Assembly (NCBI GenBank): GCA_010909165.1
Contig: MU008171.1
Coordinates: forward strand, 248,001 to 312,000
Direction: 5' to 3'
Origin: Anthoceros angustus
Lineage: Eukaryota > Plantae > Anthocerotophyta
DNA: 64,000 bases
Position 1 is the first letter of the stretch. Each line of letters opens with the position of its first letter. The translations under genes were made by a program, and so were the position numbers. The notes beneath the pieces were generated by a model. The model had not been told where the DNA came from. It did no database searches and saw nothing but the letters and a program-made list of their open reading frames with translations. Shown piece after piece: positions 48,699 to 59,999 of this stretch.

Positions 48699-49559
48699 GG
48701 TGAAGAGATTACGCCAGGAAGCAGCGGCGGGTCAGTGTGTCCGTACAAGTGCATGGTGGCCTGCAGGACTCAAGCATGCGCGGCCTGCTGCGCCTCCCAC
48801 TTTCTCTGCCTTGCCTTCATGCGTTCGCTCCTGGCCTTTGAGGTCAGAGCTGGATCAAAATACGCCAGTGACCACAGCCCCTAGCAAAGTTGCGTATTCC
48901 GCGGATCCAGAGATTGGAATACAGACGGAACGCATCGTAGTCGGGGAGGTTCCTGTGGATTTTAATAAACCTGCACAATCGCACAACGAAAACTAGACTA
49001 GCTAGTGGCGGCGGGCCCCAACAAGGGTGTATCGCCGGGCTCAAATACACTTCCATGAGACCTGGTTCCTAGGCGTGTTAACATATTTCTTCTTCTTTAA
49101 ATCTCTATTTTTCTATTAGATGTACTTCATATTCAATAATATATACAATAATATAATAGAGTAAAAATTTTTTTCTCCTCACCATATCAGCGCCGTCGCC
49201 TATCCATCACAAAGAAGTAATGTCGAAGCATGTGTCAAGTCGCGGGCTAAGTGCCACCGTGCACGCATCTCTCTTTTACCATGGCCAATGACTAACCATG
49301 GTCAAGTAGCCTCACCACCTCCACACACCTCATAGCCGGGCATACGCCCAGCCCGGTTACCTCCTCCCCGGCTTCACCACCGGTCTGCCTCCTTCCAGCA
49401 TCCCACTAACCAACGTTCTGGAAAACAAACAAGTCCTTGCGTTCACTCAACACCTAAGCTCACTTAAAAACAAATTCACGACGGCAAGATTTCGTGGTGC
49501 TTCAGTTTGATTTCGGTTGGAGGCACCATGGCAACGTTGGTGTGTTCATATGACAAGCT

Positions 49560-50400
49560 CAAGGATTTGATAGTGCACACTCCAACCACTAGCCCCTTCA
49601 ACAAGTAGAGCTTAGCTTGGACTGCCGGCGATCAAGAGTGTGAACGAAAGAAGCTTCAATAAGAGGTGCTGAAGGCATACACTCCCACTTCCCGAGTGCA
49701 AGATTTCTTTAATGACGACGCAGCCAACTCTTATTTCCCAACGAAGTTTTGTAAAGTGTCCCATTGAGCTCTTAAGGAAGCACCTAAATATGTAGTGAGG
49801 GCTACACAAAGACCTGAATGTATTGTTTACCACTGTCAGTATGGCCCAGCTGATCGTCGGGGACAGTCTGCTAACCTTTCAAGTTTCACTGATCCATCTA
49901 GCAGACCAAAGACACGACTTGGTTCAAGGCAACCTAAAGTCAGCATTAAGAGAGGATGTCATTTCCAGATGTACGTCACCACCTTGTTTCGGTGGCCTAA
50001 AGTTAAGGAGCTCAAGATTCATAAAGCCTTCCGTACGGACAATTCTTGCGAGTACTACCATGGGGAATTGATGGTTAGCATTGAGCCTCATCCTGTTAGG
50101 CTTGCAACATATTTATCAGAGGCAAAACATCGATGGGTAATTGTGGCGCGACTTTCGCTGACGGCCAGCCGGGCGCGCACGGTCCTGTGTCGTTGTAGTA
50201 AGGGGTCTGTTCCCAAGGGAATGATTGGTTCCGTTTTGCACGTCTCAAACCGATTCTCGCCTCGTCGTTGTGGAACAAGGTCTCCTTGGGACTGGTGACG
50301 GCTCCTGGTCACTAGTTGGAAGGGTGTACACCAGGTCGAAAGGTATACAAAAGCCACCCAAAACCATGTTTTCCTGATTTCATTAACAAAAAAAACCCCC
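49560..50400. mobile_element. Degraded retroelement fragments
   Basis: KIHKAFRTDNSCEY at ~50015-50055 resembles the copia integrase motif KxLRTDNGGEY; the surroundings are non-coding and heavily decayed. Confidence 0.35.
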
Positions 50401-51519
50401 GAACCTAGGAGCAAATCATAGAGGGATCTGTTTTCCCGTATTTGTATGTCCTCATCTCATATTAGTTGGGCTAACCAGTGGGGTACATTGCCTATAAACG
50501 CAGTATTTGAAAATCAGGGCAACTTTATATGGACAACAAAAATGCAAACGCGCAATGGAAAGTCCACATATGTTGAGTCGGTGTCCACCGTCATGGTCAC
50601 CCCTCTACATTAGTGGGGAGGGTCGTGGTGGCACCGGACACTACTAGAACTTGCCATATGCTGTTACAATGTGTGTTACATATTTCTGTTACGGTGCTCT
50701 GGGTTGTAACAGAAATGGCTTGGGTTGTAGGATCGGGTTTAAGGTGTTGCAGTCATGTTGTAGTTGTATAACATGGATGTAACATACGATCGGGTCGCGC
50801 ATGGTTCCATTGTGCGGAACGGGCTTCCCGTCCAGCGGCACCCTTCAAATCGTAGGTGGAGCCGTATTGCACGCAAGCCATTCGGCATATATATCCATGT
50901 GGTCGCACTACTCATTGGGTAGTCCATGGTTCGGGGTTTCCGCTGATGGGCGTCGAGGTTCCGCGGCCAGCACGCCTTCTTTTTGGCCACCGCTGTATGG
51001 AAATGCTAGAAAATAGCATGTCAAATTCCGTGGAAGGTGACGTGGTTTCTCCAATTGTGTACAATCGCTGCCATTCGGTCGCTGACATAGCTATGGATTG
51101 GCCACACGTGTGTTTCGATTTGCAATCGTTCAGACGTGTGGCCTCCATGTCACTTGTTCCATGACCATATACGAATGTGTGAGGTCGTCCTTTTCTTAGT
51201 GGGAAATGTGTGCTCTCTTCCTGGCATTGTTTTCCATCAACCATGGAACGGGGGGCGCGCGGATGGCGGAAGGGGATCGTGATGTTCCACTATGCGGGCT
51301 GCTCCTGTGAGCAAGGCCAGGAGCAATGCACAGGATTGGGCTGCCATGGCTGCTCCTCAGCTACCCGCAATGCGTCAGCGGCCCAATTCTGCAAATTGAT
51401 GGCAATGGCTTGGCCCTTATGGCACAAAATTCCTCGAACTTGCATATTTCGGCAATGTAGTCGCCCAGTGAGGCCTGGCCGAAATTTAGACAGCAGAACA
51501 ATGTGCATACACCCGTTTT

Positions 51520-53700
51520 TGCAAGATGTGATCACCTTGTCGGCCTGTCTTCACGGTGGCACACCTTCAGCACATGCCAACCAGTACCACCCGGATTCAC
51601 TCATACGTATTGACGATGCCCCGTTTGAATAAGTCCCCGGTCTGCGAGCAATTCCTTCTAATTGTCACTTGACTGCTATGTGTGGAACTCCCTGGCCATT
51701 CTCACAGCGTTCATGGGTTCGACAAAATCCCCATGGGACACACTTTCGCAGCTGCAGCGGTGAGCACAACGGAATAAGTAATGATGGGTCCTCCCGCTAG
51801 CGGGCCGTGGTTCGTGTTCCCCCCCATTGTGTGGCATGCTTTCATTATGTGCTCATGACCTCCAACAATTAGAGCGGGCCTCGTCGTTGGAAATCGGCAT
51901 ATAACACAAAATTGCTCCCATTTGTTGTAGTTGAATAGCGACTGGTGGTGAGGGAATGCATTGGCTCGTCCATGTCTCTCTTGACTATCCAACACTCACC
52001 GCGTTCGTACCCAACGCAAATGGCCACCATGCGGCTTTCACAACATCAGTTTCCGTGGGTCGTTTCGGGCCCAAAATGCGAACCCATATCCGTTCCTCCG
52101 GTCCCCATCGCTCAATCTCGGCCGCCTCACCCAGCTTTCGCGTTTCCAGACCAAACCTCCGTTGTTGGGGTTCCTTCCCTTTAGTGCAATGGCGGGCTCG
52201 AATTCCATACGCCCACATCAAACTTCTTGGCTTTCACATTTGGGACAAACCATCCTCTCCTCGAGGTTTGCATGTACTGCATACCGCACCTGCTTTTGCA
52301 AGATGTGATCACCTTGTCGGCCTGTCTTCACGGTGGCACACCTTGACATGCCAACCAAGACCACCGGATTCACTCATACGTGATGCCCCGTTTGAATAAG
52401 TCCCGATGCGAGCAATTCCTTCTAATTGTCACTTGATCGCTATGTGGAACTCACAGCCATTCTCACAGCGTTCATGGGTTCGACAAAATCCCCATGCCGG
52501 ACTGCATCGGCCGCAGTGAGCGGCCAATAATGATGGGTCCTCCCGCTAGCGGCCGTGGTTCGTGTTCCCCATTGTGTGGCATGCTTTCATTATGTGCTCC
52601 ATGACCTCCAACAATTGGAAGCGGGCCTCGTCGTCGCTTGGAAATCGGCATATAACACAAAATTGCTCCCATTTGTTGTAGTTGAATAGCAGCCTGAGCT
52701 GGTGAGGGAATGCATTGGCTCCGTCCATGTCTCTCTTGACTATCCAACACTCACCTGTCGCGTTCGTGCGCCCAACGCAAATGGCCACCATGCCAGCTTG
52801 AGGCCATGTCCACAACATCAGTTTCCGTGGGTCGTTTTCAGGCCCAAAATGCCGAACCCATATCCCGTTCCTCCAGTCCCCCCATCGCTCAATCTCGGCC
52901 GCCTCCTGCAACAGCACTCGCGCGTTTCCAGCAAGCCTCCCGTCGTTGGGGTTCCCACTTCCCTTTAGTGCAATGGCAGGCTCGAATTCCGCAACGCCCA
53001 CATCAAACTTGCTGGCTTTCACATTTGGGACAAACCACATCCTCTCCCTCGAGGTTTGCATGTGCATAATGTACCACCCTGCAGGCAGTTTGCGCACCTC
53101 TTGCACAACTCGGATGATGTGGACACCGAGCTCCTTGCACCGCTCGAGGACCGGAAGTCCATGCCAAGGTGAGCAGGCAACCCACAACTCCATCTCGCCG
53201 GTGCCTGCCCAAGCGCCCTAGGCCCGTAGTTCGCAAAATTTACCGCTAGCGAGGCGGGGTGAATGCATCGGCCCGTCCTCCTCCATTACCGTACCCGCCA
53301 TCGCCTTCTTGCCACACTCGCCTCCGTTGTTGGGGTTCCCACTTCCCTTTAGTGCAATGGCGGGCTCGAATTCCATACGCCCACATCAAACTTGCGGCTT
53401 TCACATTTGGGACAAACCACATCCTCTCCTCGAGGTTTGCATGTACTGCACCACCACCCTGCGCACCTCTTGCACAACTCGGATGATGTGGACACCGAGC
53501 TCCTTGCACTTTCGAGGAAGTCCATGCCAAGGTGAGCACAACCCACAACTCCATCTCGCCCGGCTCGTGCCCAGCCAACAAGCGCCCTAGGCCCGTAGTT
53601 CGCAAAATTTACCTTCGCTAGCGAGGCGGTGCGATGCATCGGCCCGTCCTCCTCCATTACACACGTGACCCACGCCCGCCGCCTTGCCACACTCGTGGCC
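51520..53700 (-). repeat. Composite tandem duplication (about 776-bp and 380-bp periods) within an unidentified minus-strand ORF remnant
   Basis: gcaagatgtgatcaccttgtcggcc at ~51521 and ~52297; gttggggttcc...gaggtttgcatg block at ~52160, ~52945 and ~53330; gcgcacctcttgcacaactcgg...gcaaaatttacc at ~53090 and ~53460. Copies differ mainly by indels. Confidence 0.85.
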
Positions 53701-53929
53701 GTTTGACATCCTTCGCCTCGTACCCTGAGCAAGCAGGATCCCCATTTGACATAGCGCCCAAGTTTGCGGACCACACCGGATGTGGCGGCTCGGCGCCATC
53801 CATTGGGACTTCCGGCGGGGGGACCATGCCATCATCGCACCCACCGGTAGCCCACGACCTTCGCATGTTCGTCAGTGCTTGGTGAAAGATGTCCTCGGGG
53901 ATCCAAGTTACGGGCACGAGGCGCCCTTC

Positions 53930-56306
53930 ATTTGTCTCTCAAATCTGCTATGCCTCCGGCAAACGCAACCATTGTTGTACTCTCCGCGGCCGCTGCTTGC
54001 TCAAGCTCCGCCACCGCTGCTCTGTCGAGGACGGTCTACAACCATCTCAGGGATTACTTTCTCCCGGAGGATCCTTCTAACGGGTTCTCAGAGCTGTTAC
54101 TTTTGGCGGCTGCAATGGCAAGGGGGGAGACCCCCTTCCGAATTGCTCAAGTGTTGGGGGCCAATCGCTTGTTGGCTATGGAGAATCCCACCCCCGGGGT
54201 CCGCCCTATCGCAGTGGTAGAGGCTTTTTTGCAGCTTACTAGTCGCAGTATAGCCATCCAGCTTCGGGAGCAATTCCAAGGCCATCTCAGTTCACACCAA
54301 TTCGGCATCGCCACTTCAGGGGGATGTGAGCGATCTTGGAGTCCCATCCTGATAAGATCGCATTGTAGGTGGACGTCAAGAATGTTTTTAACATGGTCTC
54401 CAAGGTGGCCATTTTCAACGAGCTCAAGGACGCAGGTGGGCAGCTTGCCAGTCTTATCTCTTTTGTCCGCTTCTTCTATGGGTCTCCTTCCAATCTCTAC
54501 TATCAGCATGGGCCCGTAGTCGATGGGGTTTCGGTGTTGGCCTCGGCAGCTGGCACCAGACAGAGGGATTCGTTAGGGGCGCCCTTTTTGCCACGGCTCA
54601 TTCCCGGGCTCTGTCCATAATTGCCTCCTCGTTTTGGGATTGTATGTATCCCTCGGTGGTGGACGACACCCATATTATGGAACCAGGTGACCGGGTCAAG
54701 GGGGCTTTTGAACTCCTCTCTTCGGAGCTCTCCCGCCTCGGTCTGAAGGTGAAAATTTTGAATTGCAGGGTCTAGTCCCCCTAAGGCGTGGTGCCTTCTC
54801 TTTAATATCCTGAGGGGGATATTGCTTCTCCATATTGCTTCTCCATAGGTGTTTTAGGGGTCTCGATGGGGCCCCAGCTTTCATACAGGAATTCGTGGAT
54901 GCGGCTTTTCAAAAGGATCTGGCACAAATTGGCGATCTCTCCCAATTGGGGGATCCACAAGTAGCATTTGGTATTCTATGTTCTTGTTTTGCGTGCTGAA
55001 CATGCTACCTTTTCTGCGCAGTTTCGCCCTCCTTGGGGTTTTTGTCCAACATTAGGGGCTTTAATAAGCAGGTTTTGCAGGCATTGGACGACATCATTGG
55101 CCTGGGCACCTTCGAGTGCGCCACCGGGGACTTGGCCAGGCGACTGGAGTCTCTCCCTCTAGCGTTTGGGGGCATTGGTCTTTTGGCCACGGAGACCTTT
55201 ATGCTGGCGGCTTTCCTTGGAAGTTGGGCCCTCTCCACCCCCATCCTGGTCTCAGGGAGTCTCGCATTTTGGAGTCCTTCGTCGTGGGAGTGGAGAAGAG
55301 CGTTTTTCCCTTGCGGGTGTGCTCTCCGTTTGGCTAGGGGATCCCTACCCACTAAGGCTAGGGCTTCCTTGCCTTCTTTTGCTTCGCTCCCCGAGGTCGA
55401 ATTTCGCGGTCTTCAAGTGTCCCTCCTGGAGAAGCAATATCATCAGGCACAGCTGGCCCTTCTTTGGACTCGTCCGTCCCCAGGGCTGCTTGTGCCCGTC
55501 TCTGCTCCTATAAAGGAGCAGGTTCATGGCTTCTTGCTCGGCCTTGCATCTAGGCTTTCCGAATCGCACCAACCTCTTTTTCTACTACGATGAGGTTTCG
55601 CCTGGGCTTGGTCCAGCCTTTGGCATGCTCTCTCCCGGCTTGCAGCTGTGGGGTGCCCCTCGATGACTCAGGAACCCACCTTGCTCGCTGTTCCGCGGGC
55701 GGGCAGCACATAGCTATACATGATGCTGTTCATGATGTCATGTTCTCGTTGCCTAAGGAGGGTGGGTTCTTTCCTTACAGGGAGTGCCCTTATACTTTGC
55801 CCAATGGAGTTTCCCTCGGGACGGACCTATTTTTGGTCCGGGGGGACTAGGTTTCGGTCGCAGATGTGGTTGTCACTGACCCTACCCAGGATATGGTCAG
55901 TGAGCATGTGATGCTCGACCCTCCGGGGTGGGCGGTAGAGGGATGCGCCACGGCGAAGGCTCGTAAGTACTCTCCCATGTAGCAGGGGCACATCTTCATC
56001 CCCCTCGCCATCGAGACCTATGGGGCCATGGGCAAGGCCTTTTCTCAGTTCCTTAAGGCATGTGCCAGGGAGTACCACAGCTGCAGGAGTGGGGTTGGCC
56101 TCCCTCTTTCCTGTATTGTGGCTTTCTACAGGCAACTGATGTTCATAAGCCTGCAGCGGGCGTTGGCCAACGCGGTGTATTGGATGACGGCAAGCGCGAG
56201 GCATGTGGCGTCTTCGACACCGTTGGTACGTAGGCTCTTTCCTATCCCCGATTTTGACATCCTTGGCGTAGTAGGCAGTTACAAGATTGGCGACAACGGG
56301 GGTTAG
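53930..56306 (+). mobile_element. CRE-like non-LTR retrotransposon (RT plus C-terminal Zn knuckle and restriction-like endonuclease), frameshifted
   Basis: RT motifs GVRPIAVVE, HQFGIATSGGCE, VDVKNVFNMV, GTRQRDSLG, VVDDTHI, LGLKVK; C-terminal CSCGVPLDDSGTHLARCSAGGQHIAIHD, VADVVVTD, KARKY, FIPLAIETYGAMG. No APE domain seen. Confidence 0.8.
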
Positions 56307-56684
56307 TCCCCGATGGTCTAGTGCCCTTCCAATGGTTGTTCCCCCTTGTCTTGGAGTAGATGGATTTTCCCATCTATTTTTCGTAATAAAGTCTCCATCT
56401 ATCTTTCCATTGCAGCTCTAGGGTCAAATACCCTTGAGTCGCATCACTACTAGGATGGGGTGTTATGCATCCCTGCAATAAAAAAGCTCTTCGGGGCCTG
56501 CTGGCTGTTGTAAACCTGTCCTAAGGGGCTACTTTGAATACGTCTCGCTCTATTCTCACTAAAATAAACCGTCTCATAAACCCATATTCTAGGACCTATT
56601 CACATTGGACATCTACCCCGTTCACATTTGAGGGGTTCCATATCCACGACATATGAATCGGTCAAAATCGCCAGATTCCGCGGG

Positions 56685-58882
56685 CTAGGCGCAACGGCGT
56701 GTGAGAGTAATGGGAAGGCCCTTGTTGAAGCACGCAATGGGCCACTGCTTGATTTTCTCGTCACGATTCACCGGCTTCCACCTGCGATCGCAAGTCACAA
56801 ACAATGTCACCCGACCCGTACAAATAATTTTTGCAACCGGAGACCAAGGGCGAAGAAAGAAAGCATACGTGTAGGTTGTGACGAGATGGTGCAAAAACAC
56901 CAGCATTTCCTGCTTGGCGAACTCGCTGCCGGGGCAGCCTCTGGGGCCCATGCCGAAGGGAGAAAAGCAGGGCGCGGCGATGGGCTTCTGGAATCTGGAA
57001 GGGTCGAACACCTTGGGGTTTGGATGCACCTCAGGGTTGAGATGCACGGACCTCCAGAACACCAGCACCCGCCATCCTCTGGGTATCAGCATGCCTGCAA
57101 CGATCCAGACCACGTGTTGCGACTACGAGTGCGAACTGTTGGGTACACAAGGCAAAGTGGCCATGGTGTCGCAACGATTTAGGATTACGAGGTGGTGTGG
57201 CGTTGAATGAAGATGTCTCTCATGGCAATGCACTTAAAATCCTCATGCCACACAAACCATGGCCACCAGGTGGCCAGGACAAGGAGAGGAGTGGAGAGGA
57301 GAGGAGACGCACCTTGGAACTCGAGATCCTTTCGAGCTTTCCGCATCACAAACGCCGCGGGAGTGGTGATCCTCATCGTTTCTTGGATTACCTGAAGAAT
57401 CAACCTCGTCAGCCTATAACAGTAAACAGAAAAAAGATTCATAAGGACAGGAATGAAAGGGGATGGCTTATGCCCCATACCCGCCACGTGAGCTGCATCT
57501 TCTTGGTGTCCTCCCAAGTCACGTGCTGGCGGCCCGCGAGCTTCATTTCCCGGGCGATGGCATCCTGCTCCGCCTGCACCAGCCCAGCCATTGCATCGGA
57601 ACAGTTTGCATGCAAAATTAGGGTTGATCTGGCGGCAGGTGCAATACCTGAACTTGCTCCAGAATGTGGGGATGATCTGCCAGGAGCTTGACGACCCAGG
57701 TGAGGAAGATCCCAGGCGCTCTGTGGCCTGCTCCTAGGAGCAAGAGCAGGTTGTCCAGGACCTCGCCGCCTCGAAGCTTCCTGGCCTCAGCCTCGTACCC
57801 CTCCACCACTTGAGCCTCCATGAGCGAGCTCAGCCCGTCCAGCCCATCCGCCGGGCCGGGGGCATCGTCCTGCCCCAGCCCCAGCCCCAGCCCCAGCCCC
57901 AGCCCCAGCCCCTGCCTCTGCCTCTGCCTCGCCTCGATCAGCTTGTGCGCGAACAGGTCCACCTTCTTCCTAGCCTGGACTTTGCAATGGCATTGTATGT
58001 GGCGTGAGGAAGTTTCATGCAACGGGAATTCATGGAACGAGAATGTGAGGTCTCCATAGCCCGGCACAGTAGTCTCACATTCAAGGCTCTTCTGCGTCCC
58101 ATGAAGGGGATGTTGATGGGCAGGCTCATGAGCCCGTTCTCCATGTCCGCAAACAGATGCAGCAGTTCCTCCACCTGCTCGTGGCTGTAGGAGAGGTAAT
58201 CTGAGCCGCAGGTGAATCGCAGCACCACTCGGAACGCGAACTGCAATGCATCCGGAATCCGGATCCATCCGCAGTCTCTTCAGCGTGGTGGCATGGCAGC
58301 GTTGGATGAACAGGAATGAATGAATGGTCTGCAACGTACCTTGGTGGCCTCGTCTTCCATCACCACCTTCTCTCCCCAGGGTTTCATGCACGACAGCGCA
58401 GTCTGGGACACCGCGGTGCAGAAGTCCCGCATGGCCTCGGGGGCCAGCAGCTGGTGCTGCAGGAGCTTCCTGAGCGCGGTATGGCGGGCTCCCGCGGGGA
58501 TCATGGAGAGCGAGTCCCGGCCCAGGATATCGTTGGAGTAGATGGCTCTCAGGGCGTGGTGGGCTTGGGGCGTGGAGAGGCAGAAGGCAGAGGCGTCCAT
58601 AGTGGTGGTCACCACGGCCGGCCCGCCGAACACATGGGTCGAGAACGTGTCCCCGTACTTTTGCGTATGGCGGCTCAGGAAATCGTCCACGTCCGAGAGC
58701 AGGAGGTCCAAGGTCTCTCCCAGCCAAGGAATGTGCCACTTGCGGCCTGCAGGAATCCGCAGCTTCGCAGATTGCGCCTTGCCAAGCCTCAGAACAAGCA
58801 TGTCGTACATGCCGCTCACCAGCAGGGCCACCACAGCGCATCCTGAGAGCAGGATCAGGTATATGGCCGCCAGGGCCTCCAT
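56685..58882 (-). CDS. Cytochrome P450, CYP85-clan-like
   Basis: N-terminal anchor, HIPWLGETL, KYGDTFSTHVFGGPAVV, ExxR (QETMR), FDPSRF and heme motif PFGMGPRGCPG; multi-exon. Contains a (GL)n insert encoded by (CCCCAG)n at ~57873-57912. Confidence 0.92.
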
Positions 58883-59416
58883 TTCCCTGCCTGCGGGCTC
58901 TCTGCAGCTCAAGCCTGGATCAGAGACGGAGTCTACCACACAGAGATGTGCACCCTGCACCAGAATGGCTTGAGGGATGCAGGCTTGGAGCTCCTTATAT
59001 ATGTTTGTATGTTCAGATCTCTCATGTTCGGCAGCAGCTCGCACGCACGCAGCGGATCAGCATCTCCACTTGGAACATGGAGCTGTTGTAGATGCGGAAT
59101 TCGCAAGCAGCAAATCATTAGAGGCACGCAAACTCGTCCAATGTTGAGAACCACATGCATGGATCGCCTTGAAGCAACTTCAAGGCGGACTGGGCTGGTC
59201 CCGAGATATACCGTCATCCATACTGTTGAGAAACCTACCTAGGGCTGCCTTCAGGGGAACAGTACTGGCATGGAACAATGGGAAGTTCTGGGGGGTGTAT
59301 CCATGTGTACAAACCTGGAGGCGACCTTGCATGTATGTACGTGCATGCATGCGGCAGCGGAAATGGAGGCATTTGGAATCCTATATTGCACATGTTTTGG
59401 TGCCGTACCATCTGTT

Positions 59417-59798
59417 CAGGTTTGTCATCAGCTATTCCATGTCTATCCGGTGCCTTGTCCGTTTCTGTGCGAGGGTCATATGGAATCTTCCGTGCTCCTG
59501 TTTGTCCTTTTTTTTATGTGGTTCAAAGGTAAGATGCTCCAGGCCCTGTTGTAGGTCGTCTCCAAGGGCATAGGTGGATAAGAGTGTCCAGCTTCTACTG
59601 CCTTGTGCAGGTCTGTCATCAGCTACTCCATGTCTACCAGGTGCCTTTTCCATTTCTGTGCGAGGGTCGTAGGGAATCTTCCGAGCTCCTGGTGTACCTT
59701 TTTTTTCTGTGGTTCAAAGGTAAGATCCTCCAGGCCCTCAGTTGTAGGTCGGCTCCCAGGGCATATAGGTGGATAAGGGTGTCCAGCTTCTACTGCCC
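59417..59798. repeat. About 191-bp direct tandem duplication x2
   Basis: caggt(t/c)tgtcatcagcta...ggttcaaaggtaagat...gtccagcttctactgcc at 59417 and 59608. Confidence 0.85.
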
Positions 59799-59999
59799 TG
59801 ATGCTACTGGCTTTGGAAGCGCTGGGGGAGAGCAAAACTTACCCTGGCCTGGGTTCTACCCTGGAACCAGTGCTACATGTAAGAGAGCAAAGATCTGCAT
59901 TTGGAGGGCAGACAATACTGGCATATACAGCTCAGGACATAAGAGAAAATACCTCGTGGGGCATGCTGCGACCTCCCTCAGGAATTGAGGCTTCCGTAG

